This document shows, one piece after another, positions 9,713 to 19,832 of a DNA stretch of 63,387 bases. Source of the DNA: a virus (taxonomy: Duplodnaviria > Caudoviricetes); the IMG/VR virus record IMGVR_UViG_3300037558_002241, positions 1 through 63,387 of that record; one strand, given 5' to 3'. Positions within the stretch are counted from its first letter, which is position 1. Every line of letters starts with the position of its first letter. The notes beneath the pieces were generated by a model. It was given only the letters and a program-made list of their open reading frames with translations, made no database searches and had not been told where the DNA came from. Made by a program: the position numbers and the translations under genes.

Positions 9713-10626
9713 AATTACTCCATGGACCTGGGGTATCAAATCATTGTGACTATACCTTTGGAGACCAGGCAGGGGTTATAGGTCAGGTGTATGATTCTTT
9801 TATGAAAGTTGCTAGTAGAAAGAACAAAGAGTTTCTTGACCTAGTATCTAAGACGGATAAAGAAGTCATGACTCTCTTCATTGATAACATTAGATTATAT
9901 AATAGGAAGATTGTATGTAATAATACTAATGATCAGAAATGGGTTGATGATCTACAGAAAAATAATAACCTGATAAAATTATGTGCTTCTCTTGATAAGA
10001 AGTTTATAATTTTTTGTAATAATGAAGACACTCCTGTAGAAAATGATATAGATATTCCAGACAATGTGTTAGGTATCTTTGCAGCAAACGCAGTAGGATT
10101 CAAAGACAAACTTTATTCTTTTCCTTATGGTGTCGGTAGGAAACTACATCAGCAAGACAATAGGCACAGTATTCTGTTGGAAGCAATGGAAGAAGATCCT
10201 AAACCCAGAAAACTTCTGTACATCAATCACTCAGAGCACACTAACCTCAGTGTTCGTGGTAACATCCGCGAAATGTTTAGTGGAATCTCCTATGCTACCA
10301 TCGGACAAAGACTTGGATACCGAGAGTACTTGAAGGAACTGCAACATCATAAGTTTATGATCTGTCCTCAGGGTAATGGAGTAGATTGCCATAGAAACTG
10401 GGAGGTGCTCTACCTGAAGCGTGTTCCTATCATGCTAAAGAATGAATACCTTCAAGAGTTATATAAAGACTATCCGGTTCTGTGGGTTGATGACTTTGGT
10501 AAGATCAATAAGACATTGTTATCAGATGCTGAAGAGTTATATGACAGGGCTAGAAATATTGACATCAATCTGTTAGACTTATACTCAGTATTCAATAGAG
10601 CAGTGAAACGTGCTAAAAATTCCTGA
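9709..10626 (+). CDS. Exostosin/GT47-like glycosyltransferase
   Basis: KFMICPQGNGVDCHRNWEVLYL..VPI. Confidence 0.75.
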   Translation: MKLLHGPGVSNHCDYTFGDQAGVIGQVYDSFMKVASRKNKEFLDLVSKTDKEVMTLFIDNIRLYNRKIVCNNTNDQKWVDDLQKNNNLIKLCASLDKKFIIFCNNEDTPVENDIDIPDNVLGIFAANAVGFKDKLYSFPYGVGRKLHQQDNRHSILLEAMEEDPKPRKLLYINHSEHTNLSVRGNIREMFSGISYATIGQRLGYREYLKELQHHKFMICPQGNGVDCHRNWEVLYLKRVPIMLKNEYLQELYKDYPVLWVDDFGKINKTLLSDAEELYDRARNIDINLLDLYSVFNRAVKRAKNS

Positions 10627-11281
10627 AGTCACACTGCTTATGCTAGCAGATGTTGATATACCTGAAGCAGTCTATGCGGTAAATAAGTCATGTGAATCTA
10701 TTGAATGGGGTGCTGTCAAATTCCTTGGCAGTAAAGGAAGACCAGAGGGTCTGTGTGATCAAGCACAGTATGAGAAAACTTATCCAATCCAAAGCATCAA
10801 TGATTTCAATTTTTATTGCATATATAATTTTGTCAATCATATTCAATCCTCGCATTGCCTCCTTATTCATCCTGACGGTTTTGTTATTCGACCTTGGTTA
10901 TGGGATAATTCGTGGTTACAATACGACTACATCGGTGCCCCGTGGAGAGACGATCCAACCGCCTATCTCGACCCCTGGGGTAAAAGTCAGCGGGTTGGGA
11001 ATGGGGGATTTTCCTTACGTTCCAGAAAGTTATTACAAGTACCCTCGCGTGTGACTGTGCCCTGGGAAGTCAACGAAGGAGACTTCTACAAGCATATGGA
11101 TGCCGGACTATATAACGAGGACGGAAACATATGTATCCACAATCGGCACATTTTTGAGGAACAAGGATGCGTCTTTGCTCCAGTGGAAGTTGCCGCTAGG
11201 TTCTCTAAAGAAGTAGAGTGCCCGGAACACAAAGGAATTGACACCTTTGGTTTTCATTATCATTTTCAAGACATACGATGA
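10610..11281 (+). CDS. DUF5672-like putative glycosyltransferase
   Basis: DGFVI..W..YDYIGAPW, VGNGGFSLRS, NED, FAP.EVA.RFS, FGFH. Confidence 0.8.
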   Translation: MLKIPEVTLLMLADVDIPEAVYAVNKSCESIEWGAVKFLGSKGRPEGLCDQAQYEKTYPIQSINDFNFYCIYNFVNHIQSSHCLLIHPDGFVIRPWLWDNSWLQYDYIGAPWRDDPTAYLDPWGKSQRVGNGGFSLRSRKLLQVPSRVTVPWEVNEGDFYKHMDAGLYNEDGNICIHNRHIFEEQGCVFAPVEVAARFSKEVECPEHKGIDTFGFHYHFQDIR

Positions 11282-12066
11282 CAGTAAAATATTATCCTCT
11301 TTGGTGGAATCCCTGGCAAGATAAGCATCTTGATCTTGGTGGTAAGTCTGTCAGTATTTCTATTGATAATCTTGATCATGATCCGCGAGCAGATGTAAAA
11401 ATTTTGTTCTTAGCGGAACCATATTCAATTCTTCCTACAGTAACTGAGGGAGCAGTTCGTAGTGCTTATCACTTTGATAAGATCTATACGTTCACTCAGA
11501 AAATCATCGACCAATATCCTCAAGCAGAATTGTTTGAGTGGGGGTCTAGTTGGTTAGACTTCAAGGATTTGATTATTGATAAGAGTAACAACGTTACCTT
11601 TGTGACTAGTGAAAAGAGTCAGACGATTGGTCATCGAATGCGTCTTGATATTTTTGAGATGCTAAAGAAGGTAGATGTATCTAATGGGTTGCAATACTAT
11701 GCACATAAATCACCTCCTTTCCATCAACGAAGGAATGATTTCTTTGAGAATGCTAAGTTCCATATTGCAGTAGAGAACTCTCGTCAACAGAACTACTTTA
11801 CTGAAAAAATTATTGATTGCTTTGCGTCAAAAACTGTACCCATTTATTATGGTTGTCCTAACCTTAGTGATTGGTTCAATATGGATGGTGTGATTGTATT
11901 TCATGATATGGAAGAGCTTGAACTTATCCTAAGACATTTGGACACTGAAATGTATGATTGGAGAAAGCCTGCAATCGAGCAGAACTATGAAATTGCAAAA
12001 CGGTTTCATAGTGACAATGATGTTGTTCCACGCCTCACTAGAAAAATTATGAGCGATTTCCGCTGA
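11278..12066 (+). CDS. GT10 alpha-1,3-fucosyltransferase-like
   Basis: KFHIAVENS..NYFTEKIIDCF..TVPIYYG. Confidence 0.8.
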   Translation: MTVKYYPLWWNPWQDKHLDLGGKSVSISIDNLDHDPRADVKILFLAEPYSILPTVTEGAVRSAYHFDKIYTFTQKIIDQYPQAELFEWGSSWLDFKDLIIDKSNNVTFVTSEKSQTIGHRMRLDIFEMLKKVDVSNGLQYYAHKSPPFHQRRNDFFENAKFHIAVENSRQQNYFTEKIIDCFASKTVPIYYGCPNLSDWFNMDGVIVFHDMEELELILRHLDTEMYDWRKPAIEQNYEIAKRFHSDNDVVPRLTRKIMSDFR

Positions 12067-12758
12067 TGACTGTAAGTTATTGCATCCCGACGCACGATAA
12101 GAACCCTAAGTGCCAGCAGTATTTGTTTGATATTTTTCATGCGTTGTCTCTACAGACAGACATGGATTTCAATGTGTGGGTGTCAGATCATGGTTCCTCT
12201 AACAAAGTCTTGCAGGCATGTGAAGAGTATGAAGATCTCTTTGAGATCAACTACATTCGTAATGAAAATAACCGAGGAAATATTTCTGCTAACTCTAACT
12301 CTGCTATGCGGTTGGCAGACGGAGAAATTCTAAAGATTCTTTTCTCTGATGATATGATTCTTACTAAGAATCTCAACGCAGAACTAATCAATGCTTTCCT
12401 AGATCCTAAAGTAGAATGGGCAGTCACTGGGTTTGCCCATACCCTAGATGATGGCAAGACTCATTATAATCCTAAGACTCCTGTGTGGAACAGTAGACTG
12501 CTGGAAGGTGTCAACACCCTGAGTTCCCCGTCCATTCTTGCAGTCCGTAACAACCTGGGCATCTACTTTGATGAGAAGTTGACTATGCTCATGGATTGTG
12601 ATATGTTCTATAGGTTGTACAAGGACCATGGGAAACCGGCAGTGCTAACCCACTACCACATCTCTAACAGAGAACACGCTAATCAGACCCAAAGACTGCA
12701 TGAGCACCTCCTTCCCAAGGAAATTGACTATCTAAAGGAAAAGCACAATGTTTCTTGA
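12066..12758 (+). CDS. GT2 glycosyltransferase
   Basis: SYCIPT, VSDHGS, NRG.SAN.N, ILFSDD, LMDCD. Confidence 0.8.
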   Translation: MTVSYCIPTHDKNPKCQQYLFDIFHALSLQTDMDFNVWVSDHGSSNKVLQACEEYEDLFEINYIRNENNRGNISANSNSAMRLADGEILKILFSDDMILTKNLNAELINAFLDPKVEWAVTGFAHTLDDGKTHYNPKTPVWNSRLLEGVNTLSSPSILAVRNNLGIYFDEKLTMLMDCDMFYRLYKDHGKPAVLTHYHISNREHANQTQRLHEHLLPKEIDYLKEKHNVS

Positions 12759-13137
12759 AGCACTTCTTGCACTGACTCCTCTTGACTTTGATCATCTTGC
12801 ACGAGCAGTGCAGGTTGAATCAGCACGTAACACTCAAGATGAGTTGTGTGTTGCTGTTTCAATCTTGAACCGTGTCAGGTCACCACGCTTCCCCAATACA
12901 GTTTCTAGTGTGGTGTATCAACCTGGACAGTACGAAGGATTCTTGAGACAAAGACCTTCTGCTGATCCTCGGGTGGTTCAGAGACTGCAAAACGTTACAG
13001 AAATGCAGAAAGCATATAATATTATTGGGGATCGAACTGACTTCAAGGGGCAGAGAATGCTCCGATATCGAGTCTCTTCTCAAGATCCTATGTGTCATCA
13101 CAGAGGTAACTTCTTTCACTATCACTGGCAATCATGA
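12748..13137 (+). CDS. Cell wall hydrolase, SleB/Hydrolase_2 family
   Basis: LARAV..ES, VAVSILNRV.SP.FPNTV..VVYQPGQY. Confidence 0.8.
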   Translation: MFLEALLALTPLDFDHLARAVQVESARNTQDELCVAVSILNRVRSPRFPNTVSSVVYQPGQYEGFLRQRPSADPRVVQRLQNVTEMQKAYNIIGDRTDFKGQRMLRYRVSSQDPMCHHRGNFFHYHWQS

Positions 13138-13922
13138 TTGGATTCAACCACCTCGGCAGACATGGGCGTCTGGGAAACCAGATGTTCCAGTATGCTGGAC
13201 TGCGTGGAATAGCAGCACATAAAGGATATGATTTCTGTATCCCTCCTAGTAAGTTTGAGGATGAGTGGCATGACCACCAACTGTTTGAGTGTTTCAAACT
13301 AACAGGGTTGACAAATATTGCTGTGTGTCCTGGACCTTATGTTCAAGAGTCACACTTTCACTTTGACCAGAATCTGTTTGATAATATGCCTGATGGACAC
13401 AATGTCTATGGGTATTTGCAGAGTGAGAAATGGTTCAAGCATATCGAATCTGAGATCCGTCAGGACTTTGAGTTCAAAAATGACATCCATGATCCCTGTG
13501 TTGAATTGATTGGTTCGGTTGACCGTCCTATTGCTTTACATGTGCGTCGGGGTGATTACCTAACTAACTCTGACAACCATCCTCCTTGCACCAAAGAGTA
13601 TTACGATGCTTGTCTTTCGCGCTTTGATAGTGACCGCAATTGTATTATTTTTAGTGACGATCCTAAGTGGTGTCACGAGCAATTTACAGACGATAGGTTT
13701 CTAGTTTCAGAAGGTGGAGACAATGTGGCAGACCTTTGTATGATGAGTCTATGTGATGATTTTATTATTGCAAACTCTTCATTTTCTTGGTGGGGATCTT
13801 GGTTGAGTAAGAATCCAAATAAAAAAATCCTGGCACCTGAAAGGTGGTTTGGTTCAGGATACACAAAGAATCACAACACATCAGATTTATACTGCGACAA
13901 CTGGGAGGTTGTAAGTGTCTAA
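13134..13922 (+). CDS. GT11 alpha-1,2-fucosyltransferase
   Basis: GRLGNQMFQYA, GYLQSEKWF, HVRRGDY, IIANSSFSWWGSWL. Confidence 0.9.
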   Translation: MIGFNHLGRHGRLGNQMFQYAGLRGIAAHKGYDFCIPPSKFEDEWHDHQLFECFKLTGLTNIAVCPGPYVQESHFHFDQNLFDNMPDGHNVYGYLQSEKWFKHIESEIRQDFEFKNDIHDPCVELIGSVDRPIALHVRRGDYLTNSDNHPPCTKEYYDACLSRFDSDRNCIIFSDDPKWCHEQFTDDRFLVSEGGDNVADLCMMSLCDDFIIANSSFSWWGSWLSKNPNKKILAPERWFGSGYTKNHNTSDLYCDNWEVVSV

Positions 13923-14880
13923 AATTATTGAACAAGAAGGAATTGAAATTGAAAACCTTGGAATGTATGAGGATCTTCAAATCCAACCAGTAAATTCTTG
14001 GGATCTAAGTAAAACTACATTCATCATTCCGTTGAGGATTGAGAGTGCTGATAGGATGCGTAATGTTACAACGTGTCTGATCTATCTCCTCCGCAATTTT
14101 GATACTCAAATCATCATCAAAGAGCATGATTTAGAATCAATATTTTTGAGTAAGGTAGTACCCATGCTAGACATGGCACTACCAGTAGATAAGATTAGTA
14201 AGATCCATCATATTTTTGAGAAAGCAGATCCCGATAACACAGCATTTCATAGGACACGTCTCCTCAATGACATGTTGATGTTGGTAAAGACTCCGGTAGT
14301 TGTCAACTATGATTGTGACATTCTGCTACCAGTCAACTCTTACATCCTGGCACAGAATACTATCATCAATGGGCATTCTCCAGATGGTATTGTAGAACCA
14401 GAACCTGTCAAGTGTATCTATCCTTATGGGTATGGTGATTATCAACGTCAGTTGACAATCGATGACAACGATGTGACTCGGTTTATCAATTCAAACTTCA
14501 ACTTCAATGCCTTCAATGGCAAGGCAAAAGTTTATGATGCTAAGTTTGGGTTCTGTCAATTTTTTGACACGGAAGAATATATCAGACTCGGTGGAGAGAA
14601 CGAAGGGTTTATTGCCTATGGTTATGAAGATGATGAAAGGTATGTGAGATTCAATCAGTGTTCTAATGTCATGCGTATGAATGAATTAGTATTTCATATG
14701 GAACATACTAGATCAGAGAACTCTTGGTTCCATAACCCATACATTGAACAGAATCGTGCACTGTGGGAAAAACTGAAGGTCAAAACAAGGAAGCAACAAA
14801 TACAATACTATACTAATATTGATTACATGACCGCTCGCGGTGTCGTTGATGGAGTAAGACCTAATGACGGACAAGAATAA
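13915..14880 (+). CDS. Galactosyltransferase-like (GT7/GT2 fold) glycosyltransferase
   Basis: FHRTRLLN, NYDCD, GGENEGFIAYGYEDDE, HMEH. Confidence 0.75.
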   Translation: MSKIIEQEGIEIENLGMYEDLQIQPVNSWDLSKTTFIIPLRIESADRMRNVTTCLIYLLRNFDTQIIIKEHDLESIFLSKVVPMLDMALPVDKISKIHHIFEKADPDNTAFHRTRLLNDMLMLVKTPVVVNYDCDILLPVNSYILAQNTIINGHSPDGIVEPEPVKCIYPYGYGDYQRQLTIDDNDVTRFINSNFNFNAFNGKAKVYDAKFGFCQFFDTEEYIRLGGENEGFIAYGYEDDERYVRFNQCSNVMRMNELVFHMEHTRSENSWFHNPYIEQNRALWEKLKVKTRKQQIQYYTNIDYMTARGVVDGVRPNDGQE

Positions 14881-15670
14881 AGCAATCAAAAAACTGGAAG
14901 GTTTTCCTTTTGTTCTGTGGGTAAACCTGGATCGTTATCCAGATCGCCGTGAGTACATGGAAGACCAGTTTGATTATTGGGGGATAGAAAACCATCATCG
15001 CATCGTTGGTATTGATGGTAAGGAAGATGACCCTGCATCATATTTGAAGGGAACAATTCCTCACAATATGAATTCTGGTGAGGTTGGTTGTGTTTTGAGT
15101 CATCTAAATGCAATCAAATACTTTGTTGAACACACTGACCTTGATGAAGTATTCATCATGGAAGATGATGTTGATCTGAGTACTGCTAAATGCTGGACGT
15201 TTACTTGGAAAGATGTACGTCGCCGTGTACCAATCAACTTTGATTGTTTACAACTGACTATTATCAATCCAAATGGCATTACTCTAAAACTACATCACAG
15301 ATTCATCAATGATTTTTCTGCTGCTTGTTATCTAATTACCAGGCACCATGCAACTAAGATTCTAAAGATGCATCAACGCGGTGATCTGTGGAAGATTGAT
15401 CAGAAAATCAAACCCCGTTCAGTATCAGAGGATCTAATCCTAGACAGTGGTAAGTCATACTCAACTCCACTGTTCAACTACCGAATTGATATGGGTTCTG
15501 CTATCCATGAAGAACACATTGACATCTTCCATAAAGGTAGTAAGAATGCATTAGCAGAATTTTGGGAACGTGATGCAGTCGAACATAGTGTTGATGACAT
15601 CATGGAACTTGACGAGTATTGTGGTAGAATACCACCATCTGTATATCTAAACCAAGCAAAAGAACAATGA
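14864..15670 (+). CDS. GT25 glycosyltransferase
   Basis: WVNLDR..DRR, GIDG, GEVGCVLSH, IMEDD, ACYLIT. Confidence 0.85.
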   Translation: MTDKNKAIKKLEGFPFVLWVNLDRYPDRREYMEDQFDYWGIENHHRIVGIDGKEDDPASYLKGTIPHNMNSGEVGCVLSHLNAIKYFVEHTDLDEVFIMEDDVDLSTAKCWTFTWKDVRRRVPINFDCLQLTIINPNGITLKLHHRFINDFSAACYLITRHHATKILKMHQRGDLWKIDQKIKPRSVSEDLILDSGKSYSTPLFNYRIDMGSAIHEEHIDIFHKGSKNALAEFWERDAVEHSVDDIMELDEYCGRIPPSVYLNQAKEQ

Positions 15671-16404
15671 CAGAGCAACCTCAATTTACAGAAATGCAGG
15701 ACTATGGACACATTGGTGTCTTTGAGAACTTTGTCAAGTGGGATTTTTGTGACAGTGTTGTTGACGTATTTGAATACTGGTACAACAAAAAGTATTATGT
15801 TGGTGAAAAATCTGACCATCCTGTAACTACATTGGATGGTAATGAGTTTACCCTAGATCATTTCAATCAAGGCAAGACTCAGTTCCCCAAGGGTGGCATG
15901 GGTCGTAAGGATCACCAGTTGTATCTAGAAATTTGTGATCAAAGTATTACTGCACAGGTCAATCAGTGTATTGGTCAAGCGTTTGAAATTTACGTGCAGA
16001 AATATAAAGGTCTTGTTGATTCTGCTGATCCTATTTCTTCATGGACATGTAAAATCCAACGCACAGATCCTGGTGGTGGATATCATGTATGGCATTGTGA
16101 GAACGGTAACTTCTTGTACCGTGACCGTGTGCTGACGTGGATGATCTATCTGAATGACATCCCCCCTGAGAATGGTGGAGGTACTGACTTCTATCACCAG
16201 GAGAAAACGTTCCATCCTAAGAAAGGAACAATTGTTCTATGGCCTGCTACATATACCCATATGCATCGGGGTGCTTTCTTGACTGGCGAACAGTCTAAGT
16301 ACATTGCTACTGGTTGGTTTATCAGGGAACCTGGTAATGTAACTGAGCGTACTATCAGTCAAGCATTAGGTAATGTTCCCCCTCCACAGGAGAATCTAAA
16401 TTGA
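15667..16404 (+). CDS. 2OG-Fe(II) oxygenase
   Basis: GGYHVWHCE, WMIYLND..GGGT.F, WPATYTHMHRG, KYIATGW. Confidence 0.9.
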   Translation: MTEQPQFTEMQDYGHIGVFENFVKWDFCDSVVDVFEYWYNKKYYVGEKSDHPVTTLDGNEFTLDHFNQGKTQFPKGGMGRKDHQLYLEICDQSITAQVNQCIGQAFEIYVQKYKGLVDSADPISSWTCKIQRTDPGGGYHVWHCENGNFLYRDRVLTWMIYLNDIPPENGGGTDFYHQEKTFHPKKGTIVLWPATYTHMHRGAFLTGEQSKYIATGWFIREPGNVTERTISQALGNVPPPQENLN

Positions 16405-17987
16405 TATTCTATACATGTATCACAAACGACTATGACTGGGTTCCTGATGCATATTATGATTCCAGTTGTAGGTATGTTTGTTTTCATGATGGATCAATTG
16501 AAACTCAGAAAGCACCTTGGGAGTATGTTCTTCTAGAAGAAACTGAAGAGTGCTTCGTAAGAAAATCCTATCACCCTAAACACTTGCCCCATCATTACTT
16601 TGATGAGGGTGAGTTTACGGTATGGATAGACGCTTCCTATCCTATTACAAAAGAGTTTGTAGAGTTCTCTAGAGAGATGGAGGAGTTTGACTTTACGATT
16701 CAGATTCATCCTGATGAAAGAACTTTGTTCGCAGAGTTCAATAAGTTATGCACCTATGGTTTCTCTGAGCATTCTGAGATCCTAGAGATGGCAAAACTCA
16801 TGCACTCTAGAGGATACTGTGGTGAATATTATAAGCAGACTATCAACTGTGTTCTGTGGAGGAGACTGACTCCTGAGGTAATCAAGTGGTGTAATACCTG
16901 GCGTGACTGGTACATGGGTGGTGTGAATAGAGATCAGATCTCTAGTTCTATGGCAGAGTACCTGGTACCTGAGTGTAAGATCAATAGGATTCCCGTACAG
17001 ATAGATTTGAGCAACAGTGGTAGGAAGAAAGAATACATTCAATCATATCCTATTACCAAACCAAAGAACAAAGACATTGTTGATTTGCAGAACAATCTGT
17101 ACCAGATCTTTGGGTTCAAAGATCTCGTAAAGAATATCATCGATAAGACTGTTGATAATATTCCGTACGAGTATGGTGATTCTGTAAAAGATCTGGTTGT
17201 TTTTACTTGCGTCACTAATAACTACGACGAGTTCCCTGAAGACAGTTACTATGATCCTGAAGTTAGGTACGTGTGTTTCCATGATGGAAAGATGGATACC
17301 ACTGTAGGAGCATGGGAATATGTGGAATTGGATTTAGATATAGAAGATCCTAGGGACTTTGCTTTTTATGTAAAGGCAAACCCACATGAGTTCTTTCCTA
17401 AAGGAACCCATACAGTATGGATTGATGGGTGCTTCAAACTTACTGAAGATTTTATCGGAAATAGTAGAATGTCATTTCCATTCTCAGTGTTGAGGCATGG
17501 TAGTAAGTTCTCTTTCCTTGACGAACTCCTAGAAGGATACACCTGTGCTTTCTATTCTAGGAAATGTGTCATGAAGTTTATAGAAAAATTGGGGGAGACT
17601 GATTACAACTTCAAACAATATGCTAGTCCTCAATGCACAATCATTTGGAGAACACTGACTGACGAGCAACGTGAGTTTGATGAGGCATGGTATAAGTGGG
17701 GTAGTGGTAAGTTCAATAGGGATACAATTCCTTTTGACGTTGCTAGACAACTGACTGGTATTGAACCAGAGTTCTATGACAACAGAGAAGATTGTGGTAT
17801 TGAACTTGGGTTCTTCAATAAAGTAGGACGCAGAGGTAAGCATACTCAGAGGGGTAAGTTTGATCAATACCTGACAGCAAATAATTTGCTGAGGAAGTTG
17901 CAACCAATTACTAAACTAAATCCTAGACTGTATGCCAAGTATGATAAGCACGATTTCTATATGAGACACTATGGAATCATCGTTTGA
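16401..17987 (+). CDS. Glycosyltransferase-like protein with two tandem DUF616-type domains
   Basis: Twice: (Y/F)TC.TN.YD, YVCFHDG, WID, W..G..RD motifs. Confidence 0.7.
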   Translation: MIFYTCITNDYDWVPDAYYDSSCRYVCFHDGSIETQKAPWEYVLLEETEECFVRKSYHPKHLPHHYFDEGEFTVWIDASYPITKEFVEFSREMEEFDFTIQIHPDERTLFAEFNKLCTYGFSEHSEILEMAKLMHSRGYCGEYYKQTINCVLWRRLTPEVIKWCNTWRDWYMGGVNRDQISSSMAEYLVPECKINRIPVQIDLSNSGRKKEYIQSYPITKPKNKDIVDLQNNLYQIFGFKDLVKNIIDKTVDNIPYEYGDSVKDLVVFTCVTNNYDEFPEDSYYDPEVRYVCFHDGKMDTTVGAWEYVELDLDIEDPRDFAFYVKANPHEFFPKGTHTVWIDGCFKLTEDFIGNSRMSFPFSVLRHGSKFSFLDELLEGYTCAFYSRKCVMKFIEKLGETDYNFKQYASPQCTIIWRTLTDEQREFDEAWYKWGSGKFNRDTIPFDVARQLTGIEPEFYDNREDCGIELGFFNKVGRRGKHTQRGKFDQYLTANNLLRKLQPITKLNPRLYAKYDKHDFYMRHYGIIV

Positions 17988-18804
17988 GATCTATACGAGT
18001 ATCACTGACGGATATTATCAACTACCTCCTACAAAGCACAGGTCTATCTGCTACCATGATGGCACGGTAGACCCACAAGATGGGTGGGAACTAAGACTGA
18101 TAGATTATTATCACGAGGACCCAGTAAGACTATCCAGATACTCAAAGATACTATGCCCTATCTCTGGACCTAGTGCTTACATAGACGCATCTAAATTACA
18201 CACTGTCAATGATAAGTTTATAGAGGTGAGTGAGAAAGTCTTGAGTAATCATGACTTCTTTTTGATGCAGCACCCACACAAATACTTCTACTTGGAAGAG
18301 TGTGCAGAGCATATACACAGAGGACTGGTTGATTCTGAGACAATCATTGACTTCACCAGCAAAGTTTCTAACTCAGACTATAACTTTGCTAACTTCTTCT
18401 CGCCTCTAGGAACTGTCATCTGGCGTAACGGACCTAGTAGTATTGATAGTCTCTGGTGGGAGTGGTACATGCAAGGTGGTAAGAGAGACCAGTTGTCTCT
18501 TGCAGTGGCATTACAACTTGCTGACGTACCATATGGATGGGCAGAGTCTCGTGAGTTCATCAACAGGTGGTCTGATTCCAACCCTATCGATGGTGCCTGG
18601 TGGAAGAACAAGGGTGGTAGGTATGCAAGAGAAAAGGTAGACCCCACTCCATACATAGATCAACTATGTGCTATAACTGGTCTAAGTAAGCGGGTGCGTT
18701 ACCGAGCATCCATTCTTCGAGAGACTGGTGAGTGGTTGTTCGGAGACATCTCCAAGTATTTCAAACGAAACGATCCTGCCCTGATCAAACTAAGCGGACT
18801 ATGA
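17971..18804 (+). CDS. DUF616-type glycosyltransferase-like protein
   Basis: IYTSITDGY, YIDAS, HP, WW..GGKRDQLSL. Confidence 0.7.
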   Translation: MESSFEIYTSITDGYYQLPPTKHRSICYHDGTVDPQDGWELRLIDYYHEDPVRLSRYSKILCPISGPSAYIDASKLHTVNDKFIEVSEKVLSNHDFFLMQHPHKYFYLEECAEHIHRGLVDSETIIDFTSKVSNSDYNFANFFSPLGTVIWRNGPSSIDSLWWEWYMQGGKRDQLSLAVALQLADVPYGWAESREFINRWSDSNPIDGAWWKNKGGRYAREKVDPTPYIDQLCAITGLSKRVRYRASILRETGEWLFGDISKYFKRNDPALIKLSGL

Positions 18805-19682
18805 TTATCTACTCTTGTATTACTAATGGGTATGATGAGATTCCTGATGAGCATTACTACGATCCTGACATCCAGTATGTAATGTTCACTGACGGGACCA
18901 TCGAGAAGAAGGGACCATGGGAGTTCAGAGAGATACCATGTGACCACCCATGTCATCGTAGACGGTCAGCGTTTGTCAAGATCAATCCTCACAAGGTTTT
19001 TCCTAAAGGAGAGCAAACTGTGTGGTTGGATGGATGTTATGTCATGACAGAGAAGTATGCTGAGCAGTGTAAGAAGTATTTTGAGGAGGCACCATTCACT
19101 ATTATGAGGCACTCTGAGAAGTTCTGCTACCTTGAAGAGGTATTGGAGGGGTTCATGGCATCTATGAACACCTGGGACGATCAGATACTCATTACAAAGA
19201 CCATCAAAGAACTGGGATACAACTTCAAACAGTATTGTAGTCCGGTGTTGGCATCCATCTGGAGGACTATGAATGATGAGTATGAGGAGTTTGGTGACCT
19301 GTGGTGGAAGTATTCTTTGATAGGACCTAACCGAGATCAAATTTCCTTTGACACTGCTAGGCAGTTGACTAAGATGGAATTGAATATTATAGAGGACGGG
19401 TGGATTTCTAAGGAGAGGCAACCAAACGGTGCGAATAAGCATGTGCCTGGTAGTTGTGGTATACTTTTCGGATCTCGCGGCAAACAGTATCGACGTAAGC
19501 GTCATCCTCAAGCGGGACACCCCTTGCAACATAAGCAAAGATCTGCTATACTCAAGGAGTTGCGAAATATTACAGGCATGCATCAAATTTATGCCCGGTA
19601 TGATTTCTCAGAGTTTGTGCTGCGTAACGTAGTACAACCCACAATGCCGTTACAAGAGTCTAATTTTTGTAACGATAAATAA
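18801..19682 (+). CDS. DUF616-type glycosyltransferase-like protein
   Basis: IYSCITNGYD, KINPH, WLDG, WW..RDQISF; ATG at 18801 overlaps the upstream stop. Confidence 0.72.
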   Translation: MIIYSCITNGYDEIPDEHYYDPDIQYVMFTDGTIEKKGPWEFREIPCDHPCHRRRSAFVKINPHKVFPKGEQTVWLDGCYVMTEKYAEQCKKYFEEAPFTIMRHSEKFCYLEEVLEGFMASMNTWDDQILITKTIKELGYNFKQYCSPVLASIWRTMNDEYEEFGDLWWKYSLIGPNRDQISFDTARQLTKMELNIIEDGWISKERQPNGANKHVPGSCGILFGSRGKQYRRKRHPQAGHPLQHKQRSAILKELRNITGMHQIYARYDFSEFVLRNVVQPTMPLQESNFCNDK

Positions 19683-19704
19683 CTTTGTATGTGAGGTTTT
19701 CCTC

Positions 19705-19832
19705 ACCACATTGTTCGTCGCCTCACCGAGACTAAACAGCGACAATAAAAAACAGTCTCTAATACCTGTTACTGAGGGTGTAACAGGAATATCTTACCAG
19801 TGTTCCCCGCACTTATATCTAACCCTTTTCAA
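19705..19832 (+). ncRNA. PhotoRC-II-like structured RNA leader of psbA
   Basis: GTCGC/GCGAC stem, GAGACT/AGTCTC pseudoknot pairing, CCTGTTAC/GTAACAGG hairpin with GAGGG loop, AGTG/CACT hairpin with CCCC loop; directly 5' of a cyanophage psbA; boundaries approximate. Confidence 0.75.
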
